A stretch of 64,000 nucleotides of DNA. Origin: Candidatus Multivoradales bacterium. GTDB taxonomy: Bacteria; Acidobacteriota; Thermoanaerobaculia; Multivoradales; J023. The stretch is taken from positions 384,001 to 448,000 of the forward strand of contig CBDFLE010000005.1 of NCBI GenBank assembly GCA_965248925.1, given 5' to 3'. Position 1 is the first letter of the stretch; each line of letters opens with the position of its first letter. This document shows positions 49,279 through 58,369 of this stretch, one piece after another. A model generated the notes under the pieces. That model was not told the origin of the DNA. It searched no databases and was given only the letters and a program-made list of their open reading frames with translations. The position numbers were made by a program, and so were the translations under genes.

Positions 49279-50640
49279 ATGATGCGCGAATGGAGTCCTG
49301 ATTCTTGGCGCCGGCTGAGCGCCCAACAACAGCCGACCTACGCTGATAGCGCGGAACTTGAGCGCGTTTTCCAGCAACTCGCTGACCTGCCGCCGCTGGT
49401 TACCTCGTGGGAAATCGAGTCGCTCAGATCGCAGCTTGCTGAAGCTGCGGCCGGCCAGAGGTTTCTGCTGCAAGGCGGCGATTGTGCCGAGGTCTTCGAA
49501 GAGTGTCGGTCTTCGGTGATCGCCAATAAGCTGAAGATCTTGTTGCAGATGAGCTTGGTGTTGGTGCATGGGGGCAAACGGCGGGTGATTCGCGTCGGTC
49601 GCTTCGGCGGGCAGTACGCCAAACCGCGGTCGAGTGATTTCGAGACTCGCGAGGGCGTCAAGTTGCCCAGTTACCGCGGCGATCTGGTCAATGGCATCGC
49701 CTTTGATTGCGCCTCGCGGCGGCACGATCCCCAGCGCCTGTTGCGCGGCTATGAACGTTCTGCCCTGACCCTCAATTTCATTCGCTCGCTGATCGATGGT
49801 GGTTTTGCCGACCTGCACCACCCCGAGTATTGGGATGTGGATTTCGTCAAGCACTCGCCGCTGGCGGAGGAATATCAGCGGATGGTGGAGTCGATCGGCG
49901 ATTCGCTGCGCTTCATGGAGTCCCTAGCCGGCCGTCACGTGGGGCAAATCGATCGGGTCGATTTCTTCACTAGCCACGAGGGCCTGCTGTTGCACTACGA
50001 AGAAGCCCAGACCCGACAGGTGCCGCATCGCGAGGGCTGGTACAACTTGGCTGCCCACATGCCTTGGATCGGCATGCGCACTTTGAGCAGCGAAAGCGCG
50101 CATGTCGAGTATTTTCGTGGCATCGAGAACCCGATCGGCATGAAAGTCGGACCGGGCCTTGATCCGGCCGCTCTGGTCGAGCTGCTGAACTTGGTTAATC
50201 CGCGCAATGAGGCCGGTCGCATCACCCTGATCTGCCGCTTTGGAGCGGCCGGTATTGGTGCTGCCTTACCGCCCTTGATCGAGGCTGTAGAACGAGCCGG
50301 GAAGACGGTTCTATGGTGCTGCGATCCGATGCACGGCAACACCCAGAAAACTCGCGACGGCATCAAGACCCGACGTTTTGAAGACATTTTGAGCGAACTG
50401 GAAACCGCTTTCGAGATCCATGCCGAGCATGACACCTACCTGGGCGGCGTACATTGCGAACTCACCGGTGAGAACGTCACCGAATGCACCGGCGGCGCCC
50501 GTGGCTTGTCGGACGAAGGGCTCAGAGAGTCTTACCAGACCTTCGTCGATCCGCGGCTTAACTACGAGCAAGCCTTGGAAATTGCCATGATAATCGCCCG
50601 GCGAATGCAGCATATGAACAAGCGCAGCAAAGTCGGCTGA
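49279..50640 (+). CDS. Class II DAHP synthase (3-deoxy-7-phosphoheptulonate synthase)
   Basis: LLQGGDCAE, GQYAKPRS, FTSHEGL, DPMHGNT, DPRLN; TATAAT at 49197-49202 upstream. Confidence 0.95.
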   Translation: MMREWSPDSWRRLSAQQQPTYADSAELERVFQQLADLPPLVTSWEIESLRSQLAEAAAGQRFLLQGGDCAEVFEECRSSVIANKLKILLQMSLVLVHGGKRRVIRVGRFGGQYAKPRSSDFETREGVKLPSYRGDLVNGIAFDCASRRHDPQRLLRGYERSALTLNFIRSLIDGGFADLHHPEYWDVDFVKHSPLAEEYQRMVESIGDSLRFMESLAGRHVGQIDRVDFFTSHEGLLLHYEEAQTRQVPHREGWYNLAAHMPWIGMRTLSSESAHVEYFRGIENPIGMKVGPGLDPAALVELLNLVNPRNEAGRITLICRFGAAGIGAALPPLIEAVERAGKTVLWCCDPMHGNTQKTRDGIKTRRFEDILSELETAFEIHAEHDTYLGGVHCELTGENVTECTGGARGLSDEGLRESYQTFVDPRLNYEQALEIAMIIARRMQHMNKRSKVG

Positions 50641-50670
50641 CGCGGACCCCGCCCGAGGAGGAGAAAGGCA

Positions 50671-51636
50671 ATGTTGCGACAGGCTCGGTTCCTGGTTCTC
50701 ACCGTGTTGATGTTGTTTTCGTGGGCCTGTGGCCAGCAGGCCGAGCAAGCCTCGGTGCCTGGCAGCAGCGCCGAGCTGCCCGCTCCGCCTGCCTCTCCGC
50801 CGGTCTCTCTGCAAGCTGCTCTCGAGCAAGCGCTGGAGGTAGGGTGGCAGGATCTGCGTATCGACATCAGCCGTCGCGGGGATGCCGGCCTGGAGTTTCT
50901 CGAGATTTTCTCCAGCGGCGTAGCCATCTGGGATGGGGAGCGTCAGATCGTGCTGCCAGAGGGCGCGCTCCGGCAAGCTCTGGGTGCCTTTCACAAGAGC
51001 GGTTTTGCTGCGTTGCCAAGGCTGCTCGAGAGAGGTGGGGCGGAGGCCGCCAAACGGGTGCGATGCCGCGTTTTGATCGAGCTGGACGGAGCCAGCGAGG
51101 AAGTCATCCTGTTGAAGAAGGAAGCACCGATGGAGGCTTTGCTGACCCTTGCCGACGACCTTTTCGCGCTGGCTCGGCCGGCGGTTGCGGAGGGCCGTGG
51201 CGCGGCGGATCTGGCGACCGGTCTAGAGCTGGTGGCGGCTGGCGAGCTGGCGCCGGAAGTTCTGCGCTTGCTGGCCCATCGCAAACCCGAACTTGGCCAG
51301 CAGGGAGAGGGCTGGGTGCTCAATATCCGTGGGGCTCGGGCTACCGTCCGGCGGTTCTCCTCGACTTCTGGCTACGGTCCACCGCAGCCGCTGGAGCTAT
51401 CCACCGAGCAGTTGGTGGAACTCAGTCGGGCGCTCGGCGCCGCCCGCTTCTGGGAACTGCCCACCAATGTGGTGGCTGCGGGCTACAGCGAACTCAAAGT
51501 GAGCCTGTTCAATCATCAGTCGGCGGTGGTGGCGCGCACCTTTTCCGGCCGCGATGCCGCCGAAGAGGTCGAGAATCGGAGCCGGCTGGAGAGCTGTTTC
51601 GCCATTCTCGATCGCTTCCTCGAAGAGTCGGACTAG
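50671..51636 (+). CDS. Hypothetical lipoprotein
   Basis: Lipobox-like FSWAC after a hydrophobic stretch; GAGGAG RBS. Confidence 0.7.
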   Translation: MLRQARFLVLTVLMLFSWACGQQAEQASVPGSSAELPAPPASPPVSLQAALEQALEVGWQDLRIDISRRGDAGLEFLEIFSSGVAIWDGERQIVLPEGALRQALGAFHKSGFAALPRLLERGGAEAAKRVRCRVLIELDGASEEVILLKKEAPMEALLTLADDLFALARPAVAEGRGAADLATGLELVAAGELAPEVLRLLAHRKPELGQQGEGWVLNIRGARATVRRFSSTSGYGPPQPLELSTEQLVELSRALGAARFWELPTNVVAAGYSELKVSLFNHQSAVVARTFSGRDAAEEVENRSRLESCFAILDRFLEESD

Positions 51637-51692
51637 CCTTCGGGCGCGGCAGATTCAGGGCTGACTAGTAGGGTAGCGTGCCCTGCGGAGGC

Positions 51693-53411
51693 TCAATCAC
51701 TGTCGCTATCGTCTTTGGCTCCCGAGTTACAGCCAGGAAGCCGGAACGAGCACACTCTGGTCTTGAAGTCGAAGCTACCGTCGACGTCGTAGTACTCGTT
51801 GGTGTACCAGAACTCACAGCCGTTCTTGGGATCGATGCTGAGCGCGGAATAGTCGCCCCAGCGATTGCCCGAGTTGATCTGCGAGCCGGTACCAGCGTGG
51901 CATTCGACCTCGACCCCCATCTCGCCTGCCGGGTCGCCAGCCAGTCGGCCGGTGTAGCGCACCGAGGGGAAGGTGCTAAGACTGGAGACGCTGTAGCCGA
52001 TGGCGATATTGCCTTTCTTGTCCTTGGCGATCGATCCCATCCAGCGGTTCTCACCGTCGGCAGGTGCATAGGTGCCTTCCTGGAAGATGGTCCACGGGCT
52101 GCCATTGAAGCTGCGCAGCTCGACCCAACGTTGACCGGCGATACCGCCACCCGCATTGACATCGTGAATCACCACGATCGAGTCGCCACCCCCGGGCTGA
52201 TTGTTGCCGCCGGTCCACTGCGCTCGATACATGGTGTTGATGTCGAGTACATCGAGACCGTTGCCGGAAGCGACGGTACCCGGAGCGGGCTGGTCGATAC
52301 AGTTGCGGCCCAGGCAGATGTTCTTATCGAAGCCGGTGCTGGGGACCAGGCCGAGACTGTTGAAGATCGAGTTGGCCGGGGTGTCGAAGTCGGCCAGGAA
52401 CTCCCACAAGAAATAGCCGTCCGGGCCAACGCCGGTACCGAGTAGCTGGTCGTCGAAGGCCTGCACGTAGACATTAGGCTGATCCTTCTTGGGTTTCTTG
52501 TTGAGTTCCCAATGCGACGGCTGAATGCCGAAGTGGACCGGTGCGGAGCCGGTGAAGGGGAGGAAGGCCTTGACCGCTGAGGCCGGCGCTCCGCTGAGCA
52601 TGGCATCGCGCTCGAAGGCTACCGCGCTGGCGGCGACGAAGAAGAAGCCGAACCCAGGGAAGAACTCAAACTCGTTGAAGGAGGCGTAGTAGCCATTGCG
52701 CCACAGGCCAATCTTCGGGTAGTCGTTGAGCGCTGCGATACCGCCGAACACCGGTGTCGAGACCACGAAGTCGTAGAGGAAGTAGGCCCCCAGCGGATCG
52801 CTGGTCTGCGACACGGCGAAGCATTGGTGACTGTTCAAGTTGGCGTCGATGAGGGCGAATTGGCTGAACACCCAGCGCTTTGCGTCATGGTCGTAGAGCA
52901 CGATCGGATCGCCGCTGTTGGTGACTTCGCAGAACGAGCCACTGCCGGCGAAGAAGATGTTATTAGGGAGCGGGCCGAGCACGCTCGAGCCATCGGCTTT
53001 GGAGAAGATTTCGAAGACGATGTTATTCATCTGGGCGTAGAAGTCGCGACCCACATCGCCGTTGGTGTCTGGCGGGACGATCAGAATGCCCGTCAGCACC
53101 CCGTTGTCGGCGTCAGTTGTGCCTTCGAAGCTCAGCCGCGGCGCCCCGGGAGTGGTCGCTGACTTCGAGGCCGCCAGCTGCCGCAGCGGGTCCTGGGCAA
53201 GGCTGACGGTCTTCGGACGCTCGATCTCCACCTCGTAAAGCGGAATCTCGATGCTGTCTACGCTCTTCTGAACAACACTGCGGGCCTGCTTGGCGAGTTC
53301 CGACAGCGGTACCGATTCTCCTTGGTAGACCGACTCGTAGACCGCCGGTGTGGCGGCGACGAAGCTGGCGCAAAACGCTAACAAGGTGGAAATTAAGCCC
53401 AGTTTCTTCAT
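51693..53411 (-). CDS. Secreted hypothetical protein (PPD/GDP/RWGDY family, probably beta-propeller-like)
   Basis: Signal peptide; PPDTNGDVG, GDPIVLYD, DYPKIG, RWMGS, RWGDY. Confidence 0.8.
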   Translation of the reverse strand: MKKLGLISTLLAFCASFVAATPAVYESVYQGESVPLSELAKQARSVVQKSVDSIEIPLYEVEIERPKTVSLAQDPLRQLAASKSATTPGAPRLSFEGTTDADNGVLTGILIVPPDTNGDVGRDFYAQMNNIVFEIFSKADGSSVLGPLPNNIFFAGSGSFCEVTNSGDPIVLYDHDAKRWVFSQFALIDANLNSHQCFAVSQTSDPLGAYFLYDFVVSTPVFGGIAALNDYPKIGLWRNGYYASFNEFEFFPGFGFFFVAASAVAFERDAMLSGAPASAVKAFLPFTGSAPVHFGIQPSHWELNKKPKKDQPNVYVQAFDDQLLGTGVGPDGYFLWEFLADFDTPANSIFNSLGLVPSTGFDKNICLGRNCIDQPAPGTVASGNGLDVLDINTMYRAQWTGGNNQPGGGDSIVVIHDVNAGGGIAGQRWVELRSFNGSPWTIFQEGTYAPADGENRWMGSIAKDKKGNIAIGYSVSSLSTFPSVRYTGRLAGDPAGEMGVEVECHAGTGSQINSGNRWGDYSALSIDPKNGCEFWYTNEYYDVDGSFDFKTRVCSFRLPGCNSGAKDDSDSD

Positions 53412-53993
53412 TGAAAGTACCTCTCTATGCTACAAATGACACACTTCTGCCGGCAACAATGGGCCCCGGTATCTCTCGAGAATTTGGCGTCCAAGGATAG
53501 GAATGCAAATTCCCCATAAGAAAAGAGGAGGCCCAATGCTAAGTCGTTATTGCCGCGACGGCAAGCGGCGCCAGGCCTGGGGCTGGGGAACCGCAGATCG
53601 CAGAGATTTCTTTAAAGCCAAAGGAGATGCGAGAGATGCCGAGGTAGCCGGTAGCTCAAAAAGTGCGATGGCCAACGGGCCTGGAGGCCACGACTAGAGT
53701 CCGATTTCTTGGTTGGACAGTGCGCCAGGCCAAGCCTGGGTGAGGCTTAGAACCGCCCCAGCCCCGAAGATGGGGTCAGGGAACTCCAGAGCCGACGAAC
53801 GCCGGATAGATAGCTGAAACAGCGGTGAGCTTTAGAAGGTAGGCCCCTCGGCGACCCCCCAGACTATACAGGGGCAGTAATCAGTGGTCTTCAAGGCCCG
53901 GCCTATGCGCCGCGGTCCTGGCCAGAGCCCCCCGTAGAGTTTTCGATGAAATCACGCTGAAAAAGCTGCACTCCCGAGGGTGCGAGAGCCTAG

Positions 53994-55151
53994 CTAGAAG
54001 GGTGTCGAGTTGCCGAGTTCGGAATCGACTACATCTTGCTGCTGCCGAACCAGATCGATCTCCCGCGCCAGCTGATCGAGAGCGGCGTTGTGCTGTGCCA
54101 GTTGTAGGCTGTCCGCGGCCCGCTGGGCCTCTTCACCGGCACCAGCTTGGCGGTAGGCTCCGATGGCGTCAGCGTAGCGCTTCTGAGCTTCGAAGACATA
54201 GCCCAGTTGTTTCCACACTCGAGGTAAGTGCTGCGCTCCGGGACCGGCTTTCAGACTGGCCCGCAGCCAACTCTCCGCTGGCGTCTATTGCTCCAGCAGG
54301 GCCGCTTCACGGCCGGCGTAGAAGTCTAACAACCAGCTGTCGGGCTGTTGCGCCGCGGCGGCCAAGAAGGTTTCGAGGGCCAAAGCGTGTTCGCCGGCGC
54401 AGGTCTGCGCCTCTCCCAGCAGGCGCCAGCGCCCGGGGCTGGCCTCGAGCGCCAGAGCATCGGCGGCCACCTGGGCGGCTCGCTGGCAGATGTCGCCCTT
54501 GGCGGGTCGGATAGCCGCCAGGCCATGGCGGTGCAATGCTCTGGCCAGTAGCTCGACCAAGGCGGCGTCGGTGGGCTGGCGCTTGACCGCTCGTTCAAAT
54601 AGTGAAACGGCGGCAGCCGGGTTATCGCTGTCCAGCCAGACGCGGCCCAACAGCCCGTCCAGGCGACCGTCGCCAGCCAGCGCTGCTGCTGCTTCCAACA
54701 CGGGAGCGGCCAGTGCGGGTTGGCGAAGCTGCGCCAGGGCCTTGCCGCGGGTGCTGAGCACGCCTAGCTTCTGGGTTGGGTTCAGCTTATCGAGTTGGAA
54801 GCTAGCGAGCAGGTCTTCCGTGGCTTGGGCATCGCCGAATAGCAGCAACGCCTGGGCGAGGGCGAGTACGCCATCGGCGTTCTCAGGGGCCAGGCGGTAG
54901 GCGCTGCGTAGAGCAACCAGAGCGTCCTGGGTACGGTTGGCCCGTAACAAAGTCTGACCCAGCATCAGATGTCCGCCGGACCAGTCTGGCAAGCGCGAAG
55001 TGACTCTGTTGAAGGAGACTTCAGCGGCCTCCAGGTCGCCGTTCTTGAAGGCGCTGATTCCGCTCTGCCAGTCGTCTCCGCTGGCGCCGCTGTGGATCAG
55101 AGTGAGAAAGAGAAAAATGAAGATAGAGCGTACGAACTTGTTGCCGAACAT
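53994..55151 (-). pseudogene. Secreted TPR protein with internal TAG
   Basis: ORF 54285..55151 continues in frame past TAG (54285-54287) as TPAESWLRASL..VWKQLGYVFEAQKRYADAIGAY to 53994. Confidence 0.7.
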
Positions 55152-55323
55152 GGACTTTCCTTTCCGCCTTGAGGCGTCCTTATCGAAGGTGAGAACGGCG
55201 CTGCTCGCGACCTCTAATTAGTTACTTAGACCGGCCTCCTCTGGATTTGGTTCCAGAAATCTCGCAGCGCAGCTGAGCGGAGGGTCTTGCAGCAGCTATT
55301 GCGGGTCGGCCAAAATAGCGGTG

Positions 55324-56982
55324 ATGAGTGATGTCCCTGCAAGTAGCGGTGCCCGCCGAGTCGCCCTCGGTATCTTGGCGAGCCGGGTTTTGGGTCTCGG
55401 TCGGGGAGTGGTCTTGGCCTACCTGTTCGGCTCGGGAGCGCTCACCGATGCCTGGAACACGGCAATGCGGATTCCCAATGCGCTGCAAAATCTGCTCGGC
55501 GAGCAGGCGATTTCGGCGGCCTTTATCCCGGTCTACAGCAAGTTCTTGGCAGCAGGTCGCGAGGACGACGCGCGACGCTTAGCCGGGGCGATCCTCGGCT
55601 TGATGTTGGCGGCGGTGGCGACGCTGGTCTTGGCCGGCGTGCTGCTGGCGCGGTGGATCGTTGCGCTGACCGCGACCGGTTTTCTCGACGACTCGCTGCA
55701 GGTCGGCGCCGGGCAAACCGGATTCGACCGTTTCGAGCTGGTGGTCACCGCCACCCGCTTCATTTTTCCAATGGCCGGCTGCATGGTGTTGTCGGCTTGG
55801 GCTTTAGGGGTGCTCAACAGCCATCGCCGGTTTTTCTTGCCCTATGTGGCGCCGACCCTGTGGAGTGCCGCGATACTCACCGCGTTGATCGGCGCCGCGG
55901 CGCGCAATGGACATTTGCTCGACCCACAGCTAGCGCCCGTGGCGGAGTTGGAAAGCTGGATGATGGCCGGATTGGCCGGCGCCGCGGTTGGCGGCTTATT
56001 GCAATTGTTGGTGCAACTGCCGACCGTGTTGCGGTTATCGCCTGGGTTGCGCCCTTCCTTGGCGCTCGCTGCGCCTGGAGCGCGACGGGTGTTGAGGGCC
56101 TTTGCCCCTGCCTTGGCCGGACGCGGGGTGGTGCAATTGTCGCTCTACCTCAATATCTGGATGGCGAGCTTTCTGAGTCGCGGCTCGGTGGCGGTGTTGG
56201 GCTTTGCCGCCCCCCTTTTCAGCTTGCCGCTGTCGGTATTCGGCATGTCGGTGGCGGCCGCTGAGCTGCCCGAACTGGCCCGCCGCGGGGAGCACCACGG
56301 GGCGGGTGACCTGGCGCGGCGGATTGATCAGGCCTTGCGCCGTTCTCTCTTCTTGATCGTGCCGGCGGCGGTGGGCCTGGCTGCCTTTGGATTGCTGGCA
56401 GTGGGGCTGCTCTATGAGCGTGGCCAATTCGGAGTTGACGATCGCTGGCAAGCCTACGCGGTTTTGTGCGGCTACCTGTTTGGCTTGCCCGCATCGGCGG
56501 CCTCTCGCCTGTTGCAAAACACGTTCTTTGCCCTTGGCGATACTCGGACGCCTGCACGGATCGCCCTCGGCCGTTTGTTCTTTGTCGCCCCGGTGGGTGC
56601 CAGCCTGATGCTTTGGCTGGATGGTCTCGAAGTTGGCGCGGTGTTCGGTCTAGGGGAGGTCGGGGCTTTGGCGCCGCTGACCCTCGGTGCCTTGGGCCTG
56701 AGCAGCGCCGATGGCTTGGCGGCCTGGTTCGAGCTTGGCTTGTTGCGGCACCGGTTGGCACAGCGCTTGCCCGCAGTCGGCCTGCCGGTGCGCTATTTCC
56801 TCGAACGCTTGTCTTTGGCCCTCCTCCTCACCTTGCCCTGCTTCGCGCTGTGGGCGGTGTTGCCGGCTTGGCCAGTGGCGGTGATCGCGATGATCGTGCT
56901 GCCCACTTACGCCGCGAGTTACCTGGGACTAGCCCGTCTGCGGCAGTCTCCGGAGCTTGCCGGCTGGTTGCGACGGGGCTGA
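55324..56982 (+). CDS. murJ: Lipid II flippase MurJ
   Basis: SRVLGL, RIPNALQNLLGE, SAAFIPVY, FFALGDTRTP; many TM segments. Confidence 0.93.
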   Translation: MSDVPASSGARRVALGILASRVLGLGRGVVLAYLFGSGALTDAWNTAMRIPNALQNLLGEQAISAAFIPVYSKFLAAGREDDARRLAGAILGLMLAAVATLVLAGVLLARWIVALTATGFLDDSLQVGAGQTGFDRFELVVTATRFIFPMAGCMVLSAWALGVLNSHRRFFLPYVAPTLWSAAILTALIGAAARNGHLLDPQLAPVAELESWMMAGLAGAAVGGLLQLLVQLPTVLRLSPGLRPSLALAAPGARRVLRAFAPALAGRGVVQLSLYLNIWMASFLSRGSVAVLGFAAPLFSLPLSVFGMSVAAAELPELARRGEHHGAGDLARRIDQALRRSLFLIVPAAVGLAAFGLLAVGLLYERGQFGVDDRWQAYAVLCGYLFGLPASAASRLLQNTFFALGDTRTPARIALGRLFFVAPVGASLMLWLDGLEVGAVFGLGEVGALAPLTLGALGLSSADGLAAWFELGLLRHRLAQRLPAVGLPVRYFLERLSLALLLTLPCFALWAVLPAWPVAVIAMIVLPTYAASYLGLARLRQSPELAGWLRRG

Positions 56983-57132
56983 TCCGTGGCCAGGGGCAGG
57001 GCGCTGGCCGGCTGGGGCGAGCGGCCAGAACCCTACCGCTGGCGGGTCGTAAAGTAGACTGTAGACTGACGACCTGCCGTAGTCGTCCGGCGGCGACGGT
57101 AGAGGAGGCTTCCAACTCACAGGAGGTTCGCC

Positions 57133-58290
57133 TTGCTGACCAGCATCCCCGGCAAGAGGCTGTTGTTTCTCACCACTGTCTCGGTGATGGTGGCGGTGTC
57201 TATCACCAGCTGCAGCTCGGTCGGTCGCCGCAGCTTGCAGCACGATGAGGTCGTCGCCCGCGATCTTCGGCAACGGGGACTCGATCCCAAGCAGATCATT
57301 TTGCCCTTTGGCCTGACCGATGAGATGCGCCAATGGGCGATCGACAACGTCTTGCCCGAGGTCTCTCGCTTTGACCAGTTGGACGATTTGCGCGTGAGTC
57401 TTCTCGACCCGGGGCAGATGAGCTTGGAATACGAGTGGGGCTACACCGGCACCGCGATCGAGGTTTTCGAGCAACGTCGCGCCAACTGCCTGGCCTTCAC
57501 CAACTTATTTGTCGGACTCGCTCGAGAACTGGGCATTTCGGTGTATTTCATGCTCATCGATGATTTTGAGACTTACCGCAAGCAGCGCGACTTGGTGGTG
57601 GTCTCAGACCATGTGGCGGTGGGATTCGGCGCCCCGGTGGAGCGCAAGATCTACGATTTCTCGGAGAACCCGCCAGAGAACTACCGCCAGACCAAGCCGA
57701 TCTCAGACCTGACCGCGATCGCTATGTACCATTCAAATCGTGGTGCCGAACTGCTCGCCAGCGGGGCGATTGGCGCCGGTATTCACTGGTTGGAGACGGC
57801 AGTGCAGATCGATCCCGAGTTGGCCAATGCCTGGGTCAATCTGGGAGTGGCCCTACGCCGAGTAGGGGAGCGGGGCCAGGCTGAAGAGAAGTACAAGAAG
57901 GCGCTGGAGATTAATCCACGTCTCTATTCGGCCTACCACAATCTGGCGTCTCTGTTACGTCTGGAAGATCGTGAGCAAGAAGCCGAAGCTTACGAGCAGG
58001 CGCTGGGCAACTCGCCCAACCGCAATCCCTTTACTTACCTTGCTTTGGGCGATATCAGTCTGGATAACGGCGAGGTCGAGCGGGCCGAGCGCTTCTACCG
58101 TCGGGCTGTCAATCTGGCGACCGACAACGCGGAAGTCTACGCGGCTCTCGGCCAACTGGCGGTTTCGACCGGTGATCTACGCACCGCGCGGCGGATGCTG
58201 CGCCGGGCGCAGCGCATCAACCAGGCCGATCTCCGCACACAGCGGCTCGCCGAGTTGCTGGAGAAGGCAGCTACTGACCAGCAGGGCTAG
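57133..58290 (+). CDS. Lipoprotein with transglutaminase-like domain and C-terminal TPRs
   Basis: Lipobox ITSC; ANCLAF..DHVAV..IYDF putative Cys-His-Asp triad; TPR AWVNLG; AGGAGG RBS. Confidence 0.75.
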   Translation: MLTSIPGKRLLFLTTVSVMVAVSITSCSSVGRRSLQHDEVVARDLRQRGLDPKQIILPFGLTDEMRQWAIDNVLPEVSRFDQLDDLRVSLLDPGQMSLEYEWGYTGTAIEVFEQRRANCLAFTNLFVGLARELGISVYFMLIDDFETYRKQRDLVVVSDHVAVGFGAPVERKIYDFSENPPENYRQTKPISDLTAIAMYHSNRGAELLASGAIGAGIHWLETAVQIDPELANAWVNLGVALRRVGERGQAEEKYKKALEINPRLYSAYHNLASLLRLEDREQEAEAYEQALGNSPNRNPFTYLALGDISLDNGEVERAERFYRRAVNLATDNAEVYAALGQLAVSTGDLRTARRMLRRAQRINQADLRTQRLAELLEKAATDQQG

Positions 58291-58369
58291 CCGCGGGGCT
58301 CGTGCCAAGATGCATTCTGGCTATCGCCCGGGGTGATCGCGCGGCGCAGGCTAGAATGCGCCTGCACTC

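Noticed and set aside
53690-53900. Group I intron-like words (TAGAGTCC, CAGGGAAC, CAGACTATA)
   Set aside because: The elements are in the wrong order, matches are weak and there is no interrupted host gene.
53960-53983. Intrinsic terminator after the TPR gene
   Set aside because: The stem has a C-A mismatch on the relevant strand and the U-tract is offset; too weak to call.
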